This document shows positions 47,562 through 60,830 of a stretch of 64,000 bases of DNA, piece after piece. The DNA lies in contig JBDOQK010000014.1 of NCBI GenBank assembly GCA_040437565.1, positions 62,001 through 126,000 of the forward strand, in the 5' to 3' direction. Source of the stretch: Albugo candida. Lineage: Eukaryota. A program made the position numbers and the translations under genes. The notes beneath the pieces are model-generated. The model was not told where the DNA came from, ran no database searches, and saw only the letters and a program-made list of their open reading frames with translations. Numbering within the stretch: the stretch's first letter is position 1; each line of letters opens with the position of its first letter.

Positions 47562-49852
47562 GGGTATTGNNNNNNNNNNNNNNNNNNNNNNNNNNNNNNN
47601 NNNNNNNNNNNNNNNNNNNNNNNNNNNNNNNNNNNNNNNNNNNNNNNNNNNNNNNNNNNNNNNNNNNNNCGTTATTACCACACCAATGTGACTTTCTGAC
47701 CAATCATATTACGGCGTTATTTCCACCCAGCTTTTAACTATTTCCATCCACCTTTATCAATGTCCTCTTTCATCAATTGCAGCCAATCTTTTGCCACTCG
47801 TTGTGATCTCATTGAACACGTTCGCCACGTGTGTCGTGAGTCTGGATATGGGGTGTCTATAAAACGTTCAGATGGAGACAGGCGAGTTTTACTTGCTTGT
47901 GATCTTAGTGGGGAGTATAGGAAACGCTCTACTGGAAATGTTGAGGGAAGTACACGAAATACAGGAACCAGACTGCAGGGGTGTCCTTGGGAGGCTTTTG
48001 GAAAGAAAAATGGAGATGGTTGCTGGAAGGTCAAAATGCACAACAGCCAACACAATCATGAACCTTCAGAGAGTATGATGGGCATCCAGGATGCCGAAGA
48101 ATGTATGAAGAAGAAAAGGGCCGTGTACAGGAACTCGTATCAGCTGGAGTCTCTGCACGTCAGGGATTAATACTTTTGCGTCGTGAATTTCTCGAATCAC
48201 TGGCTACGGCGAAAACCTTCTACAACGCCAAAGCGCAATGTCGTCTAAAGGAATTGGCAGACAGGTCCCCGATCCAGGCTTTGATGGATGAACTCACATC
48301 GAGCACGTGGACGTATGGTATTAAAACCACCGGTAATGGGCGCGTCACACATTTGTTCATGGCCCATCCAACATCCATCCGTTTAGCTCGCCGGTATTGT
48401 GGGATTCTTCTCTTGGATTGTAAGTACAAAACGAACAGATTTAGGATGCCTCTGCTGAGCATTGTTGGACGAACGGGAATGTACTCAACATTTTACTTGG
48501 CATTTGCATCTTTATCAGCGGAGGGGAAGGCAGATTATTTCTGAGCACTTGAGCAGTTGCGGAATATGTTTTTACAAACTCCAGACGTTCTGATGACAGA
48601 TCGTGACTTGGCACTAGCTGGTGCCATTGAAGAAATATTTTCGGACTGCGCACATCTCCTATGCATGTGGCATATCGAAAAAAATGTACTTGCGAATTGC
48701 AAGAAAGAATTGGCACGAACGAGGAATGGGAGAAGTTTTTGGAAAGTTGGACAAATGTTTGTAGATCAAAGACAATTGCAAACTATGATGCGGGATGGAG
48801 CGCATTTAAAATGAAGTATGTTGGAAAATCGGACGTTGTCAGCTATTTAGAGAAACCTGGATTCCGCATAAAGCAAAATTTGTGCGTGCCTGGACAGACA
48901 AGGTGATGCATTTTCAAAATACTTCGACGTCGGCGGTTGAAGGAGCGCATTCAGCTTTAAAGAGGTACCTACAAACATCTACTTGAAATCTGGATCTTGT
49001 TCAGGCAAGAATGAAGCAAGACATTGAGCACCAAGCCGGGAGCTTGGAGCAAACATTGCAAGCGAACGCATCCGAATCCCACATGTATTCCGTGGTAGTG
49101 TAAGTTATGAGCAGCTGGTTGGACAAGTCTCCGTTTTTGCTTTGAAAAAAAGCGAAGAGCAATTTGATAGACCGGAAGATGATTTGAAAAATGCGTGCAG
49201 TCATACGTTGCGGAGCACTATGGGATTACTATGTGTGCATGAAATCCATGAGCTTTGTAACAGCCCCATACCCTTAACATTGATCCACCAGCATTGGCAC
49301 CTAGGTGACACTGATTACAATGCAATAACGGAAGGGGAAAGTCAAGTTTCCATCATGCCGAACAACATCGCAACATTTCAGTTTTACTTGAAAGCACTGG
49401 AAAGCCGCTATTTAAATTGCTCGCCAGCCCAACAGTCAATCATTCATGCTAAAATTTCGGAATTGGGAAGTGGGAATTTTTGGGTCCTTGCTCAACCTTC
49501 TGTCGTGAAGGTGAAAGGACGTCCACTTGGGGCCCTAAATAAGGTTCCCAATTCATCAACAAAGCGCGAACCGTCAGCATTTATGCATGCAACGAAGCCT
49601 AAGCGGCGATGTAAAAAATGTAACAGGGAGGGGCATGATATCCGAAAATGTCCCACGAAGAATTCAACACTATTTTCATCTTGTAGGCAAGATGCAGGTG
49701 AGCAAAGTAAAAGGAAAAACTGAATTTGCATGAGCCAATTTTGCCCAATCATATAATAAAAAGGTGGGTGGAATAGTAAAAATTGGTGTGGTAATAACGC
49801 CGTAATCTGATTGGTCAAAAAATCACATTGGTGGGTGAAAATAGCAATTCCC
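47562..49852 (+). mobile_element. Inner Mutator-like element with disrupted transposase
   Basis: FAR1-like DNA-binding part (GYGVSIKRS..CD..GCPW..HNH), MULE DDE core (LLLDCKYKTNRFRMPL, MTDRDLAL, LLCMWHIEKNV), SWIM-like (TMGLLCVH..HW) and CCHC knuckle (CKKCNREGHDIRKC) over 47760..49723, with frameshifts. Inverted repeats 47670..47735 / 49760..49852; candidate TSD TAAAAATA at 47554..47561 and 49853..49860. Confidence 0.85.
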
Positions 49853-50409
49853 TAAAAATATATACATCACACTGTTGTCAACTGCAACTTCAATTTACCT
49901 GTAGGCTGACGACAGCTACAATGGGCTATCCTTGCGACCATGCTTTTCGTCACCAAGTAATACCGCTGTCTGCTAATGATTTTGATCAGCATTGCTGGCT
50001 GATGCAGCCAATGCCAGTTCATATTGAGGCTGGGACCATGCCAATTGGAATTGAGATATGATGAATATGGGAATGCTTCCAATCATTATAAGCGTGCGCT
50101 GCTAAACTATGTCCTGGCAGTCCCAGAGACAGAAATTTGCTATCCTGTGCAAGTGCGCACGCGTGGTAAGCCATCGAGCTCAACGTAGCGACTTCCATCG
50201 AATTTTGAGCATGTTAGCGCTGCTTTGGATGCTCCTGTGCATCACCGAAGATGTCGAAAATGCCAAAAGATAGGTCACAATGCCAGAACCTGCCGTCAAA
50301 AAGCAACAGCAGCACCAACAGCACCAGCAACACTTGCAGCAGTAGATTTAGGCACATGCTTAGATTAAGTAGTATAAAATTTGCAGAAATCGAATTTTTT
50401 TTTATTTTA

Positions 50410-51334
50410 GGAAATTGCTGCAAACACACCCTACTTTGACTACGGACACACTCCTAAAAAATTTACAACATACCCCCTGCTTTCGTACTGTAAATTGAGT
50501 AAATTAACCAGTCTATCCATCCCTAAAAATAGAAATTACAAACATACCCCCTACTTTCGTACCGCCATGTCCGCTGCTCTCAAGTCCACTTCTGGCAGTA
50601 ACTGTTAGACGATACTGTTTTTAACAGGTCGTCAAGGGCTTGCATTCTAACTGCAGGACCCAATTCCGACATCACCTGAACGTGACAACGTCACAGATGG
50701 GAAGAAGAGACGGTCACCACGTGTACCAAACGAGCATCATTTGAAACGTGACATAGTCAAGTTAATGCCGCTGCACATGCATGTTGTAGTGTTGACATAC
50801 AAGGTTAATGCAAGTATATTTTTACTTTTACTTCTACCTCCTAAGAAACAAGTGCGATCTAAATACTTTCAACACTAATACCATAAGAAGAGCTGAAGTT
50901 ATTCTAAGCAAAGCAAAGTAGCCTAGTTCTAGAGAAGAAAAAAAATCCAGCCACGATTGCCTTCAATTGATTTGCGCTCTTTGCTGATTCTAACTAAGCT
51001 TTCTGTAAAGCCTGCAGTTTATACAGCATATTGGCTCGAACCACATGAGCTGGTAGTGCACCTCCACCAATAGCCTTCCCTTGCGCAGCTTCGCAAACGT
51101 ATTAGGATGTATGAAATTATCAACATAATATGAAATTATTATCTCTGATTCAGTTACCGGCTTTGACAACTAAACTCCTACTAGGCTACTTTCGCTTTGC
51201 TTATATAAGTTCAGCTTTTCTTATGGTTTTACTGCCACCAGCTAGAAGTGGACTTGAGAGCGGCGGACATGGCGGTACGAAAGTAGGGGGTATGTTGTAA
51301 TTTCTATATTCAGGGGTGTGTCCGCAGCAATTCC
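50410..51334. mobile_element. Non-autonomous Mutator-type MITE with long TIRs
   Basis: Ends GGAAATTGCTGC / GCAGCAATTCC; arms 50521..50602 + 50880..50930 pair with 51178..51320; 9-bp flanks TTTATTTTA / TTCATTTTA. Most of it is re-copied at 51488..52294 by an assembly duplication. Confidence 0.75.
50603..50874. mobile_element. Probable solo LTR (272 bp) inserted in the left arm of the MITE
   Basis: TGTT..AACA ends; removing it plus 5 bp (GTAAC / CTAAT) restores alignment of the left arm with the right arm (GGCAGTAAAACCATAAG). Confidence 0.6.
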
Positions 51335-52513
51335 TTCATTTTATTGTTTTCATCTTCGCTGCATTTATTCAGACCAATAAGAGGCCANNNNNNNNNNNNN
51401 NNNNNNNNNNNNNNNNNNNNNNNNNNNNNNNNNNNNNNNNNNNNNNNNNNNNNNNNNNNNNNNNNNNNNNNNNNNNNNNNNNNNNNNAATAGAAATTACA
51501 AACATACCCCCTACTTTCGTACCGCCATGTCCGCTGCTCTCAAGTCCACTTCTGGCAGTAACTGTTAGACGATACTGTTTTTAACAGGTCGTCAAGGGCT
51601 TGCATTCTAACTGCAGGACCCAATTCCGACATCACCTGAACGTGACAACGTCACAGATGGGAAGAAGAGACGGTCACCACGTGTACCAAACGAGCATCAT
51701 TTGAAACGTGACATAGTCAAGTTAATGCCGCTGCACATGCATGTTGTAGTGTTGACATACAAGGTTAATGCAAGTATATTTTTACTTTTACTTCTACCTC
51801 CTAAGAAACAAGTGCGATCTAAATACTTTCAACACTAATACCATAAGAAGAGCTGAAGTTATTCTAAGCAAAGCAAAGTAGCCTAGTTCTAGAGAAGAAA
51901 AAAAATCCAGCCACGATTGCCTTCAATTGATTTGCGCTCTTTGCTGATTCTAACTAAGCTTTCTGTAAAGCCTGCAGTTTATACAGCATATTGGCTCGAA
52001 CCACATGAGCTGGTAGTGCACCTCCACCAATAGCCTTCCCTTGCGCAGCTTCGCAAACGTATTAGGATGTATGAAATTATCAACATAATATGAAATTATT
52101 ATCTCTGATTCAGTTACCGGCTTTGACAACTAAACTCCTACTAGGCTACTTTCGCTTTGCTTATATAAGTTCAGCTTTTCTTATGGTTTTACTGCCACCA
52201 GCTAGAAGTGGACTTGAGAGCGGCGGACATGGCGGTACGAAAGTAGGGGGTATGTTGTAATTTCTATATTCAGGGGTGTGTCCGCAGCAATTCCTTCATT
52301 TTATTGTTTTCATCTTCGCTGCATTTATTCAGACCAATAAGAGGCCACGCTTTTCATGAATTTATGGAGGGTGAGGGCTGATTAACGACTCCCGTAATTT
52401 ATTTTTATTTATTTTCTTATATTTGTTCAAACCAATCAAAGACCACAATCGCCATTAATTGATGGAGGCTGAGTGCTGATCACAGAAAAGGTGAGTGCTG
52501 AATAACGATTCCC

Positions 52514-52790
52514 TAAGAAGAATCAGAATAAAATAAAGAGGGAGTGTATGGTTGGGGTAAAAATAAAGCGACAGGAAAAGTCAGGTGATATAGGAAAGGC
52601 GGCGAGGAAATCAGATGAAAAGATAAGCGACAAGAAAAGTCAGGAGTAAACGGAAAGGTGGGAAGGAAAGTCAGGTGCAGAAGGAAAATTGGCAGGGGAA
52701 GTCAGATGGAAAAGCAAGAAAACTCAGGCGAGACAGGAAAGGCGGCAACAGCAAGCAGATGGCCAAAAGAAGGAAGGAAGCTGGTGAAAA
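52514..52790. repeat. Purine-rich degenerate tandem repeat (GGAAAAGTCAGG-like units)
   Basis: Strong A/G strand skew with recurring gaaaagtcagg / ggaaaggcggc units. Confidence 0.6.
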
Positions 52791-53574
52791 TTTCGACTTA
52801 ACTTCAAACAAACGCAATCGACATTACTGAGTGTCTGGATATATGAAACATCTAGGATGTGGGAAAATGTGTAGGATAGCAAGCACTATACTGAACCCGA
52901 ATGCTCAATAATTTCACATTGACTAAAAGCTTCAAATCTGTATCCTTTCAGCTACAACCAATCAAGAATGGTCTCCTCCAATTATGTCATGTTCCAACAT
53001 GCCGTCTTTGCTATGGTCATCTCCAAATCTGTCGGAATCAAATCCAAAATCCGCCTTGTAAGTATGAATTGACAACACACCGTCCTAATTCGGATCAGTC
53101 CCCCCCGGACCGACTTCCACCGATTCCGCTGCTCCCACAACTACGACCATACCCCCTTCTTTCATAGTTCAGGACGTAATTGTGTTAGAAAAAGTGCTTT
53201 CTTGCCGATATCCACCCCACCTACTCGTTTGCGCGGAAAATTCATCTACAACACCGGGATACTAGGTGCATGATTATGTCCAATTTGTCACACCGGTAAC
53301 TCCGATCTCCAGTCTGTCTGCCAGAGAAGCATTGAATTTTGCGCAATAAATCCGCTTCTATGAATTTCTGTCTTACCTTCATTTGTGACTACCATTTGCT
53401 CGAGCACGCTCTTTGTTGAGTCGCATTAGGAGTCAGCAACCAACTTTCCGTGTTCTAACCCTATCATCGAATAAATCGATGCACAATGCTTTGCCTGGAG
53501 TGAATAATGGAAATTAATCGGATACGTAGCGTACATGTACGGTGCGCGACACTTATAATCATCAATAGGTGAGT

Positions 53575-54300
53575 GGGGTGTCCAAATTCATTTATATATA
53601 GGGTCCCACTAACCGTTTCGACCAATTCATTAATATATAGGGGTCCCAGTACCTTTGTCGACCAGACCCGTACTTAAGGAGGCTTTCCACCGCATCCAAG
53701 CTGTTTTCTTCCCTACCTGCATTTTACAATACCGCGTCCTAAACTATAAAAAAATGAAGGCTAGGGTATTGCTGCAAAGGCAGTATACAGTCTTCGCCTT
53801 GCAAAAAGATCCGACAGTTTGCCATCCTTTAGGAAAATGTGCGCCCAAGAACGGACAAAATGTGGATGCCATGTTACTTTGCCAGCACCCTCAGTGATTA
53901 GCTTAGTTGCTTCAAGGCTTCTTTTACCCGGCTTGCGCAGACGCAAGTAAATTCAAAATTGATGCATTGACAGGCCGCATTGATGAAAAGAATTTTTCCG
54001 GCCTTGAATATGCAACATCACCCACAATTTCAGAACGGATCATGATACGCTGGCTGCATTTCCTGAATATCTCGACTCATGAAGTTCGAAACACATCTAT
54101 ATCGATGGGAATGAGCGAGAAGATGTGATCTTATCGTCAAATGTTCTTGGAGTAAATGCCCAAGTATGGAGAACGATTTCCGGTACTGGAGGGCTTGGAT
54201 GGAAATGATGAGAATGTATGTGTTTCATGGACAGTGGATGGCCTGCACACTTTCATTTTGGTGACACAAGACGAGAGTAATTTTGCCTCCCATGACGTGG
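53575..54300 (+). mobile_element. DDE transposase remnant (Tc1/mariner-IS630-like) with terminal repeat pair
   Basis: ISERIMIRWLHFL..IYIDGNEREDV..FL..LVTQDESNF motif string across frameshifts; upstream ~27-bp direct repeat cca(a)attcattWatatatagg(g)gtccca at ~53582 and ~53622. Confidence 0.55.
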
Positions 54301-55779
54301 GGATCACCCTCTCCTCCACTTGCTTCAGTAAAGCTTCAGCCTCCTACCATCCATAATTTTGTGTTCCCGGATTCATAATCACACAAGCTTCAGCGGGAAG
54401 GCTGGGGGTGCTGCAGCTTTTATTTATCTTCCAGTGCTAAGTGACCTCTCACATCAATTAGGCGTCCTTGCATTTTCTTGCGCAATGGCTGCTCATCGGT
54501 AGGCAACCACCAATGAGCAGCCTGGATGAATTTGGGTCTTGGTGGCAAAATTTTCCTTACGCAAAGTACCACCTGGGGTGAGGGAATTTTTCAGAGCATG
54601 ATTTTACCAAAGATCAACCAAATCTTGCTTATCGCGGACAGCCTACGGGCATCAAGGTTCTTTCTACAGGAACGAGGCCTGTGATGGGAACGTCTCCGGT
54701 TGAGTTACCGGAACAAATGCCAGGTTGGAAACACTATTGCTGTGTAAGGAAGGTCATGGCAAGCCAATCGGCCTTTATTTCGCAGCGAGGCATGCTAGAG
54801 GTGATGATCCTTGTGGTCGAACACCTGGTGATCTTCTATCCAGATTATATCGAAACCTTCTGGAGAGGGCTTTTAAGCAAGTGCAAAATTCATCGGTGTT
54901 GGGCCAACTGAGATATAATCTATCGAATGGGTTGATAATCTATATCTTCATAGCCTCAAATAGCAATAGAAAACGAAGATGCGGGAAGAAATGGAATACA
55001 GACATGACAATTTACTTTCTTATCAAAGGATTGATGTCAATTGAAATCGCATCTCAGCAATCTTTTTGTATCTTAAAATAGCGGTTACCACGAAGGAAAA
55101 CGGGCTCATATTATTACTATGAGCGTTTCCGCGGCAGCGTCGCGTCCGTATTATTGGACGCTAGCTTTGGCTTACCCTTGACTTTCTCTTTATAGCTGCA
55201 AAGCATTTCACATGGAAGAAATGCGATTATTCGTGGGTCGGCTTGCGTAATAAAGGCTCAAGAGCACTTGCCTCCATTCAAATTCGGCGATATGGGGATG
55301 TGTATCCCAAGGGGTTGAGTGAACGGTAGGCAGAATACGCTGTTCGAAAATATCGGTCTCATCGGCGTTTTTCAAATTTTCCATGACATTTTGACAAGTG
55401 AGTTGACGGAAACTGTCCTTCTTGCGTCCCAATGATATATCTATCATTGGCTGAAAATGCGTAAGTGGCCAATTACAGCCTCTCTCAGCCAAATATACGA
55501 TTTTTTTTGCCGGATCTCAAACCGTTACTGCTCCATATAAAATTGGCCTAGCTAAATTCCGAAACCACTGCAGGATAGTTCGATCAATAAACTACTCTTC
55601 AGTGGTTGCTTATTTTTTATGCGCATATCCGAAAAGCCTTATGATACCCATGGCTTATGTATATACTTTGATTTATGCTGCTGATTAGCATTTCTGGATA
55701 TTCCAGCTCTCTGATCAATAGCGTCGAGTAGTCTAATTCGGAGACCACCACAAAGATTTTTGGTATACAACTACGAAAT

Positions 55780-58700
55780 ATATACCAAGCAAGAAGGACA
55801 GAGAGGACGCTCTCACGTCAGAAACTCGACGATCAAGGATATGTCGTCATGTCGGAAGTTCCGGTACCCATTTTCTAGGCGAAATCAGTTCCAAGGATGA
55901 CGAGAACCGACCTCGTATTCCTAGTGGATTGGAAAAGAGCAAGAACCCGGTACGAAAGACTGGTAAAAAGAATCGATAGCGTCAATGCCGTTCCAATCAG
56001 AGACTCTGTTGATCCCAATTGTTGGAAGCGCTGGTGAACTGAGTTTTCAATGTGGACTTGAATAAGGATGTCACGGAGGAGATGCTTATGCATTCTTGAA
56101 GAAAAGTGTGAGGACGGTGCTGTGGACGAGAATGCTGGAGGAATTCCTCAAGTCTATGCAAATCCCGAACTGGATTTGGATGTGCCCGATACCTATTCTC
56201 GATGAATGAAAATGTTGAAGGAATTCATTGTAAGGTATAAACGAGCCGGACTGTTTGGATATTCTGAGAAGAACCACCAAAAACAATGTATGTCAACGCG
56301 GTTAGACCTATGAATATTTAGTCTAGAATCTGTCAAATGGTCAAGTTTGAAGTCGGTGGAATGAGGTCAGATCCAAAAATGCTATTCGAAAAATTGACTA
56401 AAAGTCAGCTAAATTATTTGCAAATATGATGGCAGTTCAGCACAGTATAAAGAGTCTTATTTGTCAAGAGAAGCCGAGAAATTAAAGAATCAAAGATCAT
56501 CCACATGCACGGAATGCCTTGGTTAAAAATAGCGGTGCGATTGCTGCGATAAAGAAGCCTGACGGGAAAACGAAGCAGGGCTGCTGAATTTTGTGGACAA
56601 TATCACTGGCTGACTGAATGTACGAACTCAACTCAAGCTGAGAAGAAAGAAGTAACTGCAAGAAAGAGGACGGAATTTGCTTTTAAGAAGTTACGAAGTT
56701 TGAGTGATGCTGACGCAAAAAAGTGGATGGTATCCTTTGAAGTGGATAGTGAAAACGTTACCCCTATTCCTTCTTGTCCATATAACGAATTAGGTGATAT
56801 CTTGCCTTGAGAATTCGGTCAGAAGGTTGATCGATGCCGGGATGTAGATTCATGTGAAGAGCATTTCGTCAAAGAAATACTATGGGAAACGTAGAAGTAT
56901 TCAAAGACTGTTGCCGAAAGTTGGATATGCAGTTCTGTATGCAGACTCCAGTTCGTCCAGTAAAGTTCTCGGATACTGATCGTTACATTGTTTCATAAGC
57001 GTCGTGGGGAATAATTATTGGAAACCCTTTTCTAAATGTGGTGAGTTAGACGTCGAGAAGCAACTGCTTTCTCTAGATGAGTGGCTAGCGGAGGACGCGA
57101 AGACTATGGAAAACAGATATCACAGGTGGTGACTGTATCAATTGGTAGTTGGCTAGTGGAAGAACATCGGAGACGTTGGTTCGTTTGATTCCGTATTTTC
57201 AATGTTATTTTCCTTCAAAATTATTGAGCTCTACTCTTGCAGAGATTGAGGCGTTGTCCAAACAACTCGTGAAAGGTGCACAACCGGCACTTGGAAGAAT
57301 CAGAATGCATGCTTCCTTGATGGTTCACGTGATGAAGGAACATGTGAACCAGCTGCTTTCAGCAGGTATCAATTATGAACACACCGATTCGAGATGGGAA
57401 GCAATTGGTCTCAGGATAAAGTCACTTGACGCATTCATCCTTGCGGAGTTAGTACTTGTATCTCTCAAACTATGTGACAGAATACAAAGCCGATGGCATG
57501 GATACATAGATTCACCATATCTGTATCAGTAATACTTTAGTGAAGTGCCCTCTTATCGAGAGCGTCATACACACTTACTAGTATAACTTTGTGATTCAAG
57601 AGCATAGAGAAGTGCATGGTAGTGGAAAGGTAGATCTGAGTAGCGCATCTGATTGAATTGCCGTCAAAATTCGATCAGCTTTTCCATTGTGGTCATTCTA
57701 TGGAAGAATCTACGTTCAAGGCATGACACTCTCGACTTTCTTTCTGGCTCAGATAGCGAGCATCGTCTTTGATATACCGTTTACGACCGACTGTACATGC
57801 TCTGTGCTCAGAAATATTATGGAATGTATATCCGCACACGAATGAATCCTGGATTGCTTTGCAACATTCAAGAAACCTGGGAAGATTCAATAAGATTGAC
57901 CATTGAATATCGTGAGGTGAGCTAGTAACCGAAGCGTCCTCAATGCCTTATTTGGCTACAAAAACTGTTGTGTTGAGTAAAATGACTACGTTTGGATTTA
58001 TGGACATGTTCTCTGGCATTCGGCTACTTCTCTTACGTGAGCCGTCAGAAGATACTTTCTTTTGCCACCAATTGCAAAGTCAACACACCAAATCGTGTCT
58101 CTAAGGGCGCAGTTGATTCTGCTTTTCATTTCCAATCAGGTTATTGCATTAATCAGTTCTCATTTTGATGGACGACCTTTTGTTGTGTTCAAAATATGAG
58201 GCCACCTCTCTCAAGGTATTAGAAGATGTTTAGATGTTGCAAGAAAGTTCACATTGAAGGGAAACCCTAATAAAACCAGCCTGACCATGAAAGAAGTTTG
58301 ATGGTATGGGGAGATTTGTGATGAAGATGGAATTAAGCAAGATTCTGAGAAGTTATAAGGTCTAGAGACTTGAAACTTCCAAATACACTTGGTGAAATTC
58401 AACAGTTCCTTTATGGGATGAACTGGTTGCGAGGGTCGTTACCAAATTATGAAAGATATTGTGTGTTCTGCAAGAGTTGGTGAAGGTCATATTGGCTGGA
58501 ACGCCAGGAACGAAACGAGTGGCGATAAATATGTCATTAGTTATGAATCAGGAGAAGATGGATTACTTTGAAATGGTAAAGGAGATTTTACTCAAGTATG
58601 TGAAGCTGAATCACCTGGAAGACACCGCTGTTGTATGTATCTTGATGAATGTAAGCTTTTATGGTTGGACTGTAGTGGTAGCACAAGTTGTAGAGCGGGA

Positions 58701-60830
58701 TTCAGAATAACCCGTGGAGCGTCTAGACCCTCAAGCAGTCACATTCTTATCTGGGTGTTAATTTAAACCGAATTAAATTGGACAGTCACTAAGATGGAGG
58801 CGTTTTCTACTACAGTATTATGGCTCTCGGAAACCCACAACATATTATTCGTCGTTTGAATGTATTTAGAATGTATTGTGATCACAAGAATCTCATTCGA
58901 ATTTTTGCTCCGGAGCNNNNNNNNNNNNNNNNNNNNNNNNNNNNNNNNNNNNNNNNNNNNNNNNNNNNNNNNNNNNNNNNNNNNNNNNNNNNNNNNNNNN
59001 NNNNNNNNNNNNNNNNAGCAGTCACATTCTTATCTGGGTGTTAATTTAAACCGAATTAAATTGGACAGTCACTAAGATGGAGGCGTTTTCTACTACAGTA
59101 TTATGGCTCTCGGAAACCCACAACATATTATTCGTCGTTTGAATGTATTTAGAATGTATTGTGATCACAAGAATCTCATTCGAATTTTTGCTCCGGAGCA
59201 AAACACAAAAGAAAGGCTTGTTGGAAGACTTCATCGATAAATCATGAAACTGATGTCCTTTGAATGTGAGGTTTACTATATCGCAATGGCGGATATCCTT
59301 TCTCGCTGGTTGAATGCACCAGATGAGATTAAGTGAATAAATAGGATGAGTGGAAATCCAACTTTTGTCTCCGAACGATATTTCTCGTATTGATCCGATG
59401 GGAGCAGGAAAAATCCCCCGCCAACATTTGAAGTTATAGGGGGATGTAGAAGACATATCATTCCGGTGGGGTTGCCGGTTTGAAATTTTGCAAGTTGAAA
59501 CAGGTTTGGGAGAATTAGGGGCTTATTTGGATCCTCAATCAAGATCTAGAAGTTACTATTAGACTCCTGCTTATTGAACATCATGGTATTGCATGCATGG
59601 GGGTTCAAAGAAAATCAGCTTCAAGCCAAGTGCGATAAATTCTATGCAAACTATCTTATCTGTTAATAAATCAAGGGAGAAAAAAATTATACCGAGACCG
59701 TGGAGTACTATACGTGCACATCCCAAACGGAACCATATATTAATTTGGAATTACTGCGTTGTTGGTACATCGTACAATGGTGAGCAATGGGTGCTCGTAT
59801 TGAGAGATGCTTCCAGTTCTTATTATTTATTGCATACTTGTGAAAATCCGAGTGCTGAATATGCTGCTTCGTGCATGCTTGAATGGAACTCGCTGTTTGA
59901 AATGCCAGAAATTTGGCCACTGATAGTGAACTCACTACAAAAGCAAAGTGCTTACTGATCTGGCTTGTCTCACCGGATCCTCATGGGAATAGATTCTTGC
60001 GTATTGTCATTGGAAGAACGGCACTGTACAGCGCGTCATTAGAGATCCATTCCAGGTGCTAAGGGCTATGATGGCAGAAATGGAACTGGATATGATGCTA
60101 TGGCCCGATATTATCTCGAGTGCTGAGCGAATATTGAATAAAACTTGCTGATAATACCTTGGTAGAAGAAGGGCAATTGAATGTTCTACAGTATTGAAGC
60201 CAGATACTCCAAAGAATCGTGTTTTGATGATTGATGATATGGCTAGCTCGAGAGCAGTGGTACTTACATGTGAGGAAGAGATGCAGAGTTTACACCAGTC
60301 ACTAGTGGATACATATCCGGATATTTCGAATGGTGCGGAGAAAAGAGAAGTAAGGATCAAACTGGTTCAGAGGGGTGTGCAAACTGCGCTATTTGATATC
60401 GGCGACATGCTTCTTTGGGTGGAAGTCGACATGAAGCTATATTCGAATAAACTGAGGGTGGATTACCGGAGCTTATAGAATGCAAAACATATCCATTTGT
60501 GATCAAACACTTGTTCAGCAGGTCTTGCAAACGATGTCCACCACAGTCGTTTGAGTCTAAAATTCTATCGTGCCGCGGATCTAGAGGCAACTGAAGTCAT
60601 AATTCAGCACGTATTTAACCAAGATTTGATGCTGAATGTGAATTCTACCCCTCGTAATCGTTAATGCAAGATTTTGGAACTTACTGATCAAATTGAAGTG
60701 TCTCGAAGTGGTGGAGGAATCATGGGAGCCTTATGTATCTTTGAAGCGAGATGTAAATAATCTAGTCTCGAGTTATTGTCAGAGTTGTGACTTACAAGAG
60801 TTGAAGACATTGTATCCAATTTTGGGAGCA
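55780..60830 (+). mobile_element. Heavily decayed Ty3/gypsy retrotransposon (chromovirus-like)
   Basis: Fragments in gypsy order: gag knuckle (FCGQYHWLTEC ~56590), RT (FGFMDMFSG, TPNRV, LMDDLL ~57990..58190), RNase H (MYCDHKNL, MADILSRW), integrase (VLVLRDASS, WKNGTVQR), chromodomain-like SWEP (~60720). Many stops; LTRs not delimited. Confidence 0.8.

Larger units (their letters stand above)
47347..52513. mobile_element. Outer Mutator-like (MULE) deletion derivative with ~215-bp TIRs and 9-bp TSD
   Basis: TIRs GGGAATCGTTATTCAGCACTCA.. (47347..47561) and ..TGAGTGCTGAATAACGATTCCC (52295..52513); TSD TAAGAAGAA at 47338..47346 and 52514..52522. Internal 49860..50400 retains MULE C-terminal remnants (TMGYPCDH..DFDQHCW, VRTRGKP). 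Spans two assembly gaps. Confidence 0.8.

Noticed and set aside
55208-55492. 94-aa minus-strand ORF considered as a CRN/effector fragment
   Set aside because: No signal peptide and no LxLFLAK, HVLV or RxLR motif; lies among decayed repeats.
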